From contig JBILLK010000013.1 in NCBI GenBank assembly GCA_044376115.1, positions 128,001 through 192,000 of the forward strand: DNA of 64,000 nucleotides, in the 5' to 3' direction. This DNA is from Polyangiaceae bacterium. Its GTDB lineage: Bacteria; Myxococcota_A; Polyangia; Polyangiales; Polyangiaceae. The notes beneath the pieces were generated by a model. It was not told where the DNA came from. It saw only the letters and a list, made by a program, of their open reading frames with translations, and ran no database searches. Below, one piece after another: positions 47,019 through 59,270 of this stretch. A program made the position numbers and the translations under genes. Positions within the stretch are counted from its first letter, which is position 1, and the number at the start of each line of letters is the position of its first letter.

Positions 47019-47933
47019 TCAGCCCAGCGAAATCACGCCACCGCTCCACACGATGGCTCGCTCGAGCTCTACGCCGTCCTCGACCCGAGCGCCCGGCAAC
47101 ACCAAACAGCGCCGTAGCGTGGCTCGGCCAACTACCGCCTGCGCGGCGACCACCGTGGCTTCGAGCTGAGCGCCCTCCGCCACGCGCGCCGACGCATCGA
47201 CGTTGCAGCCCGCGTGGGCAGCCTGCGCTGCGGACCGTTCGAGCCAGCCGAGGTTCGCCTCGAGCAGCGCTTGCGGCGAGCCGATGTCGATGAACGGCGC
47301 GTCGCTCAGCAGCGTCTGCACCGTCTCGCCCGCGAGCAAGGCCGGCATCAGGCCGTCGGCCACCAAGCAGCCGGGCGCGACCAGCCGAGCGCGCAAGCGC
47401 TCGGAGAGCACCGCGATGCCGACGTAGTTGGTCCCGAACAGCTCGGGTTGCGCGCTGCGATAGGTCCGCAGGCGCACCACCGCTCCATCAGCGCTTACCC
47501 CGACGGTGCCGTGGCCGGCCGCAAAGCGACCGCTCGTTAGCAATGTGGCCGAGACCGCCTTCGCGCGATGAGCCGCGAGCAGCTCGGCGAGGTCGGGCGC
47601 ACCGAGCATATCGGCGTTCCACAAGAGCACGTCCCCTGCCCCGAGCGCCTGCGCTGCGTTGACCAACGCGCCGCCGGTACCAAGCAACTCCGGCTCATGG
47701 GCGACCTCGACCGCAAGCGACTGACGCGAAAGCCAAGCTACCGAAAAACGCTCGGCGAGATGGTGCGTGTTGATCACGCAGCTGGTGAACCCCGCAGTAA
47801 CCAAATGCGCAAAAACGTGTTCGACCTGCGGGCGGTCATAGACCCACAAGAGCGGCTTCGGTGTCTCGTCGGTGAGCGGGCGTAAGCGCGTGCCGAGCCC
47901 GGCGCACAAGACGAAACAGCGCGTGGACGTCAC
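47019..47933 (-). CDS. NDP-sugar pyrophosphorylase-family nucleotidyltransferase
   Basis: LCAGLGTRLRPLT..TPKPL, INTHH, EPELLGTGG, NAD, DIGSP; GTGA overlap with upstream gene. Confidence 0.9.
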   Translation of the reverse strand: MTSTRCFVLCAGLGTRLRPLTDETPKPLLWVYDRPQVEHVFAHLVTAGFTSCVINTHHLAERFSVAWLSRQSLAVEVAHEPELLGTGGALVNAAQALGAGDVLLWNADMLGAPDLAELLAAHRAKAVSATLLTSGRFAAGHGTVGVSADGAVVRLRTYRSAQPELFGTNYVGIAVLSERLRARLVAPGCLVADGLMPALLAGETVQTLLSDAPFIDIGSPQALLEANLGWLERSAAQAAHAGCNVDASARVAEGAQLEATVVAAQAVVGRATLRRCLVLPGARVEDGVELERAIVWSGGVISLG

Positions 47934-48388
47934 TCTTCGCTCTCGGCCACGAATGCGCAGGCGTCGATGGTCTCGGGGTTGGCCAGCGCCGCGCACGGAG
48001 ATTCATCTTGTGCTGCGAGCGAGACCGCCACATCGCAGTCCACCATCTTCTCGACCTTGTCGGTGTGGCACTTGGCCACCTTGGCGATCGCGTCGACACA
48101 ATCGACGACGTCGTCCTCTGCCGGCTCCTCGCTGGTGTTCTCGAGCCCGACCAGGCAGTGATCGCGATAGTACGTGATGCAGTTTTCGACCTGCTGCTCG
48201 GTGACGATGCCGAACGGATTGTCGCTCCCTTCGCATACCGGCGCCGCGGTGCAACGCGCCGCCTCGATCGAGCGACAGGCATCGATGCCCACGGCCTCGG
48301 TGCTGCAACCTGCTGCAGCCCACACGAGCACCGCGCCAAAGGCGCTGGATAGGAGCGAACGCAAGGTTGGGAGCGAGGGACGGACCAT
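47930..48388 (-). CDS. Cys-rich hypothetical lipoprotein
   Basis: Lipobox AAGC; AVGIDACR.IE.ARC. Confidence 0.75.
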   Translation of the reverse strand: MVRPSLPTLRSLLSSAFGAVLVWAAAGCSTEAVGIDACRSIEAARCTAAPVCEGSDNPFGIVTEQQVENCITYYRDHCLVGLENTSEEPAEDDVVDCVDAIAKVAKCHTDKVEKMVDCDVAVSLAAQDESPCAALANPETIDACAFVAESEE

Positions 48389-48466
48389 AGCGGCCACCTA
48401 CGCAAAGCGCGCGGCTTTGGGCAAGTTTGTTGCGGATCGCGGATGTGGCCGTGGTATCCCGCAGCC

Positions 48467-49477
48467 ATGCTTGCCCGCTTCGCCAGGTTCGGACATGCGC
48501 CCTTGCTGGTCGCTTTCGTCGCCCTTGGCTGCAATGAATCCACCGATTCGACCGACAGCACCGACATCGCTACCGGCGTCCGCGTGGATCCGACCGAGTT
48601 TTTGGGCGCCCTCGCCTGCGCCGAGGGCGCAGCGCGCTCCTACAAAGCCGAGCTGGTCAACGCCGGGACCGAGCAGAGCTTCGCCACGTCGGCGCGCGTC
48701 AGCTGCGGAGCCTCGGTGCTGTTTACGGATCTGGAGCTCGGGGAGCTCTACGGCGCCCGCATCTCGGTCTTCCGCGAGACGGTGGACGAGGCCGCGGGCA
48801 GCCCCGCCTGGGCCACCGAATGCGGCCTTGCGGGCAGCGGCGCAGCCAAAGCCGTGGACGGCGAGCTGGTGACGGTGCGTTCGTGCGAACCGATCGTGCT
48901 CGAGGGTGAAGACCCGACGGTGGTGGTGGATCTGACGTCGCTCGTCGGGGAGATCGGCTGTGACGCGGAGACAGGCGGCATCGCCGAGCTGGACGTCGTT
49001 CCCGAGGAAGGCAACCCCTTGCCCAGCGTGACGGTGGCCTGTGACACGCCGGTCGTGAACTACGGCAGCGGCATCGAGCCGGGCACGGTCTACCGCTTCA
49101 CCATCGCCGCCAAAAACAGCGCCGGCGAGCTGAGCTGGGGCTCCCGTTGTGAGGCCGCTGCGCAGGCCTCGAGCGCGGCCTTCGCCTCTTGTTCGCCGCT
49201 CGCTAGCTCCGGAACCGCCAGTTTCCCCATCCCGGCGTTGCTGGAGGCTGAAAAGCTCGCGTGCGCAGACTTCGACGGCGCGCTGATCGGCGTGCAGAAC
49301 CTGCTCAACCCCAAGCTGGTCCCGTGCTCAGCAGCACCAACCGTCGCGCTGCCTGCCGGGCCCCACAAAGCCTCGGTCAGCCTGCTCAGCGGCGGTCTCC
49401 AAACCGTAAAATTCGCCTGCAACGGTACAGTTTTGCCCGGTTCCCAAGGCGAGCTCACCTGCGTCCGCCAGGACTGA
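48467..49477 (+). CDS. Hypothetical lipoprotein
   Basis: Lipobox ALGC; repeated Cys-containing beta domains. Confidence 0.75.
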   Translation: MLARFARFGHAPLLVAFVALGCNESTDSTDSTDIATGVRVDPTEFLGALACAEGAARSYKAELVNAGTEQSFATSARVSCGASVLFTDLELGELYGARISVFRETVDEAAGSPAWATECGLAGSGAAKAVDGELVTVRSCEPIVLEGEDPTVVVDLTSLVGEIGCDAETGGIAELDVVPEEGNPLPSVTVACDTPVVNYGSGIEPGTVYRFTIAAKNSAGELSWGSRCEAAAQASSAAFASCSPLASSGTASFPIPALLEAEKLACADFDGALIGVQNLLNPKLVPCSAAPTVALPAGPHKASVSLLSGGLQTVKFACNGTVLPGSQGELTCVRQD

Positions 49478-49560
49478 GCCAGGACTGAGCAAAAGCACCG
49501 GTCTCCCAGCCGCTTTAGCTTTGCTCCGCCCACCGACTCGACTAGTTGAGGTCGGGCACG

Positions 49561-52248
<2,688 letters not shown>

Positions 52249-52270
52249 CCGTTCAACCGAGCTCGCAAGC

Positions 52271-52301
52271 AAGCCGGCCGCCCACGCGGTCGGCTTTTTT
52301 T
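52271..52301 (+). terminator. Intrinsic terminator after gyrA
   Basis: AAGCCGGCCGC-CCAC-GCGGTCGGCTT followed by T run. Confidence 0.85.
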
Positions 52302-52380
52302 GCGAAGCGCCCGGGTGACGCCGCTGCTCGAGCCCCTTGTAGCGACGGGCTAGCGGGCCACCGCTATCCTCCACGCAACC

Positions 52381-53238
52381 ATGTTCTCCATCCAAGACGC
52401 CCGCCTCGGCGAACTGCACGCGGTCGAACTCCACGATCTCAGCACCCAGGCGCGCGTCGTGCTGGTGCCTTCGCGGGGCGCGCTGGTCACGTCGTTCCGA
52501 GCGTTGGGTCGGGAGTGGCTGTACCTGGACGAGGCCACGCTTTTTGACCCAGCCGCTAACGTGCGCGGCGGCATCCCGGTCCTCTTCCCGTCGCCTGGCA
52601 AGCTCGAGAACGACCAGTATGCGGCACCAGGCACGCGCATGAAGCAGCACGGCTTTGCGAGGAATCTCGCGTTCGTCGAACTCGAACGGGGGACCTCCGG
52701 CGGCGCGTTCATCGAGCTCGAGCTGCGTGACAATGAGACCACCCGCGAGGCCTTCCCGTTCAGCTTTCAGCTGCGTCTGCGCTTTCGATTGAGCGGCACC
52801 ACGCTCGAGATCCGCGCCGAGGTCCTCAACTCGGGGAGCGAGCGACTGCCGTTTGCCCTGGGCTACCACCCGTATTTCCAGGTCCCCGCCCAGGACAAGC
52901 CGCACACGAAGATCCCTACGCAAGCTACCCGCGCCTGGGACAACGTGGCCAAGCGTGAAGTCGGCCTCGAGGTCATTCGCTTTGGCGACAGCGAGCTCGA
53001 CCTCCACCTTCTGGACCACAACTCGAACGGCGCCTCGCTCGAGACCCCCCACGGCTCAGTGCAGCTTGGTGGGCATTTCACGCGCTGGGTGGTTTGGTCG
53101 TTGCCCAACCGCGACTTCGTTTGCCTCGAGCCGTGGACGGCTCCCGCCAACGCGCTCAACTCGGGCGAGGGCCTGCTCGCGCTCGAGCCTGGAGAATCCC
53201 CCTGTTTGGCGGTGCAGATCGCCCTGTCAGCCGGCTAG
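52381..53238 (+). CDS. Aldose 1-epimerase/galactose mutarotase family protein
   Basis: RGGIPVLFP, QHGFARN, GYHPYF, FVCLEPWT. Confidence 0.92.
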   Translation: MFSIQDARLGELHAVELHDLSTQARVVLVPSRGALVTSFRALGREWLYLDEATLFDPAANVRGGIPVLFPSPGKLENDQYAAPGTRMKQHGFARNLAFVELERGTSGGAFIELELRDNETTREAFPFSFQLRLRFRLSGTTLEIRAEVLNSGSERLPFALGYHPYFQVPAQDKPHTKIPTQATRAWDNVAKREVGLEVIRFGDSELDLHLLDHNSNGASLETPHGSVQLGGHFTRWVVWSLPNRDFVCLEPWTAPANALNSGEGLLALEPGESPCLAVQIALSAG

Positions 53239-53376
53239 ACCCGCCGAAAGTAGACAACTTTTGGCCCATCACCCGCTCTGTTGACTATTATGCAACGCCC
53301 GCATGGCTGTGAGTGAATCCCGCAAGGCTGGAGCCGACCGCATCCCGGTGACGCCCGCTGGTTTGGGAGCGCTCGC

Positions 53377-54372
53377 ATGACGAGTGCCCGCGAACGCGTA
53401 GCGCAGCTTCTGGGCCGCTCAGGCTTGGGCTGGCTGTTGCGTAAGACCGGCACCTGGGACGGCCTTTTCGTCCTGAATTATCACCGCGTTGGCGCTTGGC
53501 AGACGGAGCCCTGGGATCAGGACCTTTACAGCGCCACCGAGGAAGACTTCGACGCCCAGCTCGCCTTCTTCAAGCGCGAATACGAGGTCATTGGCGCCGA
53601 CGATCTCGACTTTATCCGCGACAAGCGAGGTCGCTACGTCCAAATCACTTTCGACGACGGCTATCGCGACAACCACGATCGCGCCTTGCCGATCCTGCGT
53701 TCCCACCGGATATCAGCGACCTTCTTCATTTGCACCGGCTTCCTCGACAGCGGCGGCGTGCCTTGGTGGGACGAGCTGGCTTGGCTCGTACGCTCGTCGC
53801 CGTGCGACCGGCTCCCCAGCTTTCGCGGGCTACGCGAGATGTCGCTCGTCGGTGACGGGCGCATCAAAGCAGTGAAGGCGCTCAATCACCTGTACGACAA
53901 CCTCTCCGACCACGAGCGAGCGGGCTTCTTGGACGAGCTCGCAGCCGCCACTCAGATGCAACGCTGCAAGAGCTCGGAGGCGGAAAAGCTTTGGATGAGC
54001 TGGGACATGGTGCGCACGCTGCATCAGCAGGGCATGACCATTGGCGCACATACGAACAGTCACCTCGAGCTCGCCCGCAACAATCTGCAGGTCCAACTCG
54101 AGGAGATCCAAGGCTCTTGCGAGCGAATCTCCTCCGAGCTCAACGCGCCGGTGAACATCTTTTCGTATCCCTACGGTACGCGACAGTCCTTCAACACCGA
54201 CACCCGTCACGCGCTCAAACTCGCCGGGATTCGCTATGCCTACTCCTATCACGGAGGCTATCAGCGGCCGGGGCAGTGGGACCCGTTGAACCTGAAGCGG
54301 GTGGCGGTCGAGCTCAACGTCAGCCGCGAGCTACTCGAGGGCATGGCGACCGTCCCTCATCTCCTCGCCTAG
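53377..54372 (+). CDS. Polysaccharide deacetylase family protein
   Basis: LNYHRV, ITFDDGY, GAHTNSH, FSYPYG. Confidence 0.92.
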   Translation: MTSARERVAQLLGRSGLGWLLRKTGTWDGLFVLNYHRVGAWQTEPWDQDLYSATEEDFDAQLAFFKREYEVIGADDLDFIRDKRGRYVQITFDDGYRDNHDRALPILRSHRISATFFICTGFLDSGGVPWWDELAWLVRSSPCDRLPSFRGLREMSLVGDGRIKAVKALNHLYDNLSDHERAGFLDELAAATQMQRCKSSEAEKLWMSWDMVRTLHQQGMTIGAHTNSHLELARNNLQVQLEEIQGSCERISSELNAPVNIFSYPYGTRQSFNTDTRHALKLAGIRYAYSYHGGYQRPGQWDPLNLKRVAVELNVSRELLEGMATVPHLLA

Positions 54373-54392
54373 CGAGTCATCCCAGCCAACGG

Positions 54393-55050
54393 CTAGTCTC
54401 CGTCAAAGATCCCGCACAAGAGCTCCGACTCACTGCGACAGACCTCGTCGCTGCAGGCCAGGTTGGGTGCACACTGAAAGTCAGGGCATGGCTCCCCTTG
54501 CCCAGGCAGAGCAATGCAGGTCGTACCGTCGCAGGTTGCCGCAGGGGAGCACGCGAACGTGCACGGTTCACCTGGACCCGGCAGGGCTTTGCACACCGGG
54601 TTCTCGAGATCGGTGGTGTCACAGTTACCCGAGGCACAGCCCGTGAACCCGGGACACGGAGAACCGTCGGGAATGGGCGCACCACAAACCGACCCATCGC
54701 AGGCCAAACCAGGCGCGCAACCAAAGCCGGCGCACGGCTCGCCCGCACCAGGAAGCTTGGCGCAGATCCCCGGGTCACTGAAGGTTGGCGCATCACAAAA
54801 GGTCCCAGCGGCGCACGAAACGAAGGACGTCTCGCTCAACTGGCCGCAGGCTTCACCCAAGCTGGCCCCGCACGGGTTGACGCAGGTCCCGGCGCAAACC
54901 AGGCCGAAGTCGCAATCGCGCGGATCCTGGCAGACCTCGCCTTCCTGGACCGAGCCATGCGCGATCCCAGCGCACGCTACATAGCAGCTACCGTCCTCGG
55001 GAACGCCGTTGGCGCCCGAGATGGAGCAGGTAGCGCCTTCAAATGCGGCC
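54393..55050 (-). pseudogene. Cys-rich repeat protein, apparently lacking its 5' end
   Basis: GEPC....C..GL.C repeats; no in-frame start or signal peptide before the frame runs into the antisense of terC; 5' boundary approximate. Confidence 0.6.
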
Positions 55051-55146
55051 TCATTGGCTGGCTTTTTCGGCGCCTGTGACAGCGAGCCGGACCTCTCGGG
55101 CTGGCTGTTGTGATGAGGCGGTGCTCCCGGGCGGCAGTGAGAGCTC

Positions 55147-55908
55147 GTGTGCCGAGCAGACACCCGATTGCTCGCTAAATCCTCGAGTCTTTGCTTATTT
55201 GCGGTGGCTTCACTCACCGCGATGGAGATCGTGCTGGGCATCGACAACATCGTCTTCATCTCGATCCTCACCTCGCGGCTGCCCAAGGAGAAGCAGGCGC
55301 CCATTGGCCGGCTCGGCCTTGGCCTTGCCCTGGTCATGCGCATCGGGCTGCTGTTCGCCATCGGCTGGATCATGGGCCTCACCGCGCCGCTCTTTAAGCT
55401 GTTTACGCATACCGTCAGTGGCCGCGATTTGGTCCTGCTGATTGGAGGGCTATTCCTGCTCGACAAAGCCACCAACGAGATCCACAAGAAGGTCGAGGGT
55501 GACGAGGAGGGGCAGGCGGGGAAAGGCTCGGCCAGCGTGGGCTTGATCATCGTGCAGATCTTGCTGCTCGATATGGTGTTCTCGCTCGATTCGGTGATCA
55601 CCGCGGTAGGCATGATTCCGCCCGATCAGATGTGGGTGATGGTCACGGCTGTGCTCGTGTCCGTGGCCGTCATGCTCGTCTTCGCAGGGCGCCTATCGGC
55701 CTTCGTCATGGCGCACCCAACCGTTAAGCTATTGGCGCTCTCCTTCCTACTGCTGATTGGCGTAATGCTCATTGCCGACGGCATGGGCCAGAAGATCCCC
55801 AAAGGCTATATCTACTTCGCCATGGCCTTCTCCCTCGGTATCGAGCTGCTCAACATGCGTTTTCGCAGCAAGCGGCAAGCCAAGAGCGCACCAAGCCAAA
55901 CAGCGTAG
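55147..55908 (+). CDS. TerC-family integral membrane protein
   Basis: LTAMEIVLGIDNIVFISI, DMVFSLDSVITAVG, KGYIYFAMAFS; start uncertain. Confidence 0.9.
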   Translation: MCRADTRLLAKSSSLCLFAVASLTAMEIVLGIDNIVFISILTSRLPKEKQAPIGRLGLGLALVMRIGLLFAIGWIMGLTAPLFKLFTHTVSGRDLVLLIGGLFLLDKATNEIHKKVEGDEEGQAGKGSASVGLIIVQILLLDMVFSLDSVITAVGMIPPDQMWVMVTAVLVSVAVMLVFAGRLSAFVMAHPTVKLLALSFLLLIGVMLIADGMGQKIPKGYIYFAMAFSLGIELLNMRFRSKRQAKSAPSQTA

Positions 55909-55967
55909 ACCCAACCAGTTTGAGGCAGCTTGAGGATCAAAGCGGACGCGGGTTGGTATCACGCAGG

Positions 55968-57347
55968 ATGACCCGAACATGCTTTGCGGTTCTCCTCTTG
56001 GCAGCCTGTTCATCTCGCATTCGCGTTGAGGGAGGCGACGGGGAGGAAACCAGCGGGGACGCGACCAGCGGCACAACTGGAGGCGCTCCAACAACCGCGG
56101 GTGGTGGGGCTGTCGGCGCGGGGGGCTCGGAGCCAGACCATCGTTCGCTCGTGATGGCCGAGAACTTTGATTGGTCGACGGTGACGGTGCCACCGAACGC
56201 ACTGGGGGTGACGGTTGCCGCCACGACCACGGACGGAAGTGAGGCGGCCGTTCGCCTTACACGTCTTGCAGCACCGTCGGGCGACTTGGTCATCGATGGC
56301 CCCCTCGCGAGCAATAACTTCGAGGCTTTCTGGCCTGGCGCGCTCGCCTTCGCGCAGCCCCAGGTCGAGCATCCCGAGACGTTTCCTTTAGCGCCCGGCC
56401 TTTGGTCATTCACCATCGAGTCCAACGCCCCGCTGGAGGGTGCGGCTTGGCTTCGTTTGACCGTCGACGGTCAATTCCACGGCGGCGTGCTCGACGTCAA
56501 CCTGTTCCGCGTCAGTACGGAGCTCAGCGATGAGGAGTTGGCGGAGCGGGTAGCGATCGCCTTCGACGGCTGGGCTGGGCTTTCACTTGGAGACGTGCGC
56601 GTCTTCGAGGCGCCGAGCGACGAACTCCAGATCACGTCCATGGCGCCACTTTTTCCCGCGCTCAACGTGCTTGTGCTCGGGGATTATGATGAGCCCTTCG
56701 GCCTCTCCACTGGACTCCCTGGCATCGCAACGAAGCACGGGACCAGCGGAAGCGGCGTGCTTTGGGGCACCACGGATGACGTTCTCTCCGACGCCAACGT
56801 GCTGCGCCACGAGGCCGGCCACTTCGCGGGGCTGTTCCACACCACCGAGTGGACCCCAGGGGAGGAGGACCCACTCTCTGATACGCCAAGTTGCGCCGAC
56901 GTAAATGGCCTCGAGGCATGCCCTGACTTTTCGAACGTCATGTTCCCATTTGGCGCCACAACTCCCGGTGAACTCACCGCTCAACAAGCGCGCGTGGTTC
57001 AGGGGAGTGCCCTCTACCGTGGCGTGTACGCCCCCGGCGAAGAGCCGATGACCCCGTACCCCGCAGCGGCGACCACCAAGTCGTTCACTGGAGAGGCCCC
57101 ACGCTTCCGAACGCTGGAGGTTCCGCAGCCCACTCGGCGGCTCGATCCAGCGGCTCGCGCTTGGGCGGAGGACCTCACCCCGCGGCAGTACTCCATCGCC
57201 GCCGGATTGGTGTGCGGCGAGCTCGGCCTGACGAAGTCGGCCGAGCTCGTCGAGGCGCTTGACGATGAGGTCGTCGCACGAATCCTGAATGATCCGCGCG
57301 CGCCGCGGCACGTCAAATCACGGCTCGCTGGACGTCAGCGGCGTTGA
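55968..57347 (+). CDS. Metzincin-type zinc metalloprotease, lipoprotein
   Basis: Lipobox LAAC; HEAGHFAGLFHT (HExxHxxGxxH) and NVM Met-turn. Confidence 0.85.
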   Translation: MTRTCFAVLLLAACSSRIRVEGGDGEETSGDATSGTTGGAPTTAGGGAVGAGGSEPDHRSLVMAENFDWSTVTVPPNALGVTVAATTTDGSEAAVRLTRLAAPSGDLVIDGPLASNNFEAFWPGALAFAQPQVEHPETFPLAPGLWSFTIESNAPLEGAAWLRLTVDGQFHGGVLDVNLFRVSTELSDEELAERVAIAFDGWAGLSLGDVRVFEAPSDELQITSMAPLFPALNVLVLGDYDEPFGLSTGLPGIATKHGTSGSGVLWGTTDDVLSDANVLRHEAGHFAGLFHTTEWTPGEEDPLSDTPSCADVNGLEACPDFSNVMFPFGATTPGELTAQQARVVQGSALYRGVYAPGEEPMTPYPAAATTKSFTGEAPRFRTLEVPQPTRRLDPAARAWAEDLTPRQYSIAAGLVCGELGLTKSAELVEALDDEVVARILNDPRAPRHVKSRLAGRQRR

Positions 57348-57442
57348 GTCACGTCACGTCATGACGGGGACGCCTGCGCGCTCGCAATGGCTTCGCGCGG
57401 CGTCCCCTGCGTGCAGCAACTGTGCGGCCGATGGCAGCCGCC

Positions 57443-58255
57443 TCAATCGCAGGAATTGGCCTCGCCGCAGCCCACCAAGTTATCGGTGATTTGCGCTGCA
57501 GCACTTGCAGTCAGCAAACAATCGCCGACGTACTTTGTCCCCGGCGCCGGACCATCACTGACAACGGGCCGAGGCGGAACGATCAGCCGTACGTTTGGAT
57601 CGAGCCGAGGCTCCACCGTCGCAATGTGGACAGAGACGCTCACGGTCGGTTCGCCCCCTGGCGCACGCCACTCACAGCTGCCCTGCCGAATCTCCTTCTC
57701 GCACTTGTCGCCAGCCCCATTTTCACATTGCTCGCAAGCGAAGGCGTTAAAGAGCTTGCTCGTGCAAGCGTCCTTGGCCGTCTGCCCCACCAGGGTCTTG
57801 AGCGCCTCGTCTTGGGCTGAACCGAACGATGCACAGACTTCCGGTAGATCCGCCTCTGCGGCTTCCTTGGTGTCGTATTCTTTGGCCGCATAACCTGGCG
57901 TCTTCGACATCCACTGCTGCTGAATTTGGGTGCCGCCGTCGACGACATTCTGGGGAAACTCGCTGCCGTGCAGCGATTGGTCGACAACGCGAAGTCCTGC
58001 GCCCCCGCACTGAAGGAGAGCGGTCGCAGCCTGAGCCGCGCTGTCCACCTCTTCCGAGTCGTCTTGCTCCGTAGCGTCGAGCTCCGCGCAGCCGGCCGAG
58101 AGCAAACAACCGAGAATAACCGTTAGCGAGCAAACTAAGTGATTGGCACTGAAGTTCCACCGAAGGTGGATGCAGCAGCAAGAATGACTCGTGCCTTCTT
58201 CGAAGAAAACGGCCGCAGGCCCAATTGACCGGTTGACCTGGCACGAGTCATTCAT
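57443..58255 (-). CDS. Hypothetical Cys-containing lipoprotein (start uncertain)
   Basis: Lipobox SAGC then ELDATEQ..EEVDSAAQA; nearest in-frame ATG straddles the edge of repeat C copy 2. Confidence 0.55.
   Translation of the reverse strand: MNDSCQVNRSIGPAAVFFEEGTSHSCCCIHLRWNFSANHLVCSLTVILGCLLSAGCAELDATEQDDSEEVDSAAQAATALLQCGGAGLRVVDQSLHGSEFPQNVVDGGTQIQQQWMSKTPGYAAKEYDTKEAAEADLPEVCASFGSAQDEALKTLVGQTAKDACTSKLFNAFACEQCENGAGDKCEKEIRQGSCEWRAPGGEPTVSVSVHIATVEPRLDPNVRLIVPPRPVVSDGPAPGTKYVGDCLLTASAAAQITDNLVGCGEANSCD
58182..58253. mobile_element. 72-bp MITE-like element (family C), copy 2
   Basis: Perfect 14-bp terminal inverted repeat GAATGACTCGTGCC/GGCACGAGTCATTC; interior similar to 10996-11067. 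Confidence 0.7.
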
Positions 58256-58598
58256 GTTGGAGACCTTTCGGATAAGTGACAAAGCGGGCCGCACCGTCAG
58301 ACCAGCTGCGGGCTTCGTGCTGATTGACGCGGCGACGATTGAGCAGCGCGAGCGGACGAGGGCTCACCCCTCAATTGCGAGGAAGAGCGCCGAATCGGCT
58401 CACCTGATCTCGCAATGTCGAGCTGCCCCCGAGTCAGCAAAGCGTGTACCAACTCCCGTCCGATAACGAGTTCGCAACGCTTAACTGCGAATCCTCGCGT
58501 CGTCGCAGCGCCGCACGCTCCGAGCGGCACACATCGTCACAAACACAGTATGCGGGATCATGGGCTGGCGTGAGGTGGCCCCTGCTAGCCTGCCGGTC

Positions 58599-59243
58599 AT
58601 GAAAAAAGTCGGCGTATTGGGGTCAGGGCAAGTTGGTGAAGTGCTGGCGAACGGCTTCTTGAAGCATGGCTACGCCGTCATGCGCGGCAGCCGTGAGCCG
58701 GAGAAAATGGCGGATTGGAGCAAAGCGGCGGGCGAGCATGCCTCGGTCGGCAGCGTGCAAGAGACCGCGAGCTTTGGCGAGCTCATCGTATTGGCCGTCA
58801 AGGGCTCCGCCGCCGAGGCCGCGGTCACGCTGGCCGGTGAAGCACTCGCGGGCAAAACGGTGATCGACGCCACCAACCCGATCGACAACGCTCCGCCCGA
58901 AAACGGCGTCTTGCGCTACTTCACCGGCCCGAACGAGTCGCTGATGGAGCGCCTGCAGAAGCAGAGCCCCAGCGCCCACTTCGTCAAAGCCTTCTCCTGC
59001 GTGGGCAACGCCTTCTTCGTCAATCCGGACTTCGGCGGCATCAAACCGACGATGTTCATTTGTGGTGATAGCGCCGAGGCGAAGAAAGAGGTGAGCACGG
59101 TGCTCGACCAATTTGGTTGGGAGGTAGAGGACTCAGGCCTAGCGATCTCGGCGCGAGCGATCGAGCCGCTGTGCATCCTCTGGTGTCTCCCCGGCTTTCG
59201 CGAGAACCGCTGGAGTCACGCCTTCAAGCTGCTCAAGAAGTAG
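58599..59243 (+). CDS. NADP oxidoreductase (F420-dependent NADP reductase-like family)
   Basis: GVLGSGQVG Rossmann motif, GSR.P, GKTVIDATNP, VKAF. Confidence 0.9.
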   Translation: MKKVGVLGSGQVGEVLANGFLKHGYAVMRGSREPEKMADWSKAAGEHASVGSVQETASFGELIVLAVKGSAAEAAVTLAGEALAGKTVIDATNPIDNAPPENGVLRYFTGPNESLMERLQKQSPSAHFVKAFSCVGNAFFVNPDFGGIKPTMFICGDSAEAKKEVSTVLDQFGWEVEDSGLAISARAIEPLCILWCLPGFRENRWSHAFKLLKK

Positions 59244-59270
59244 CAGCTTGTGCACCGCCTTCGAGATGGC

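Noticed and set aside
54393..55613. 406-aa ORF as annotated
   Set aside because: N-terminal half is the antisense of terC
58295..58560. Intergenic stretch with short inverted repeats as an ncRNA
   Set aside because: Stems are short and no recognisable RNA family motif was seen
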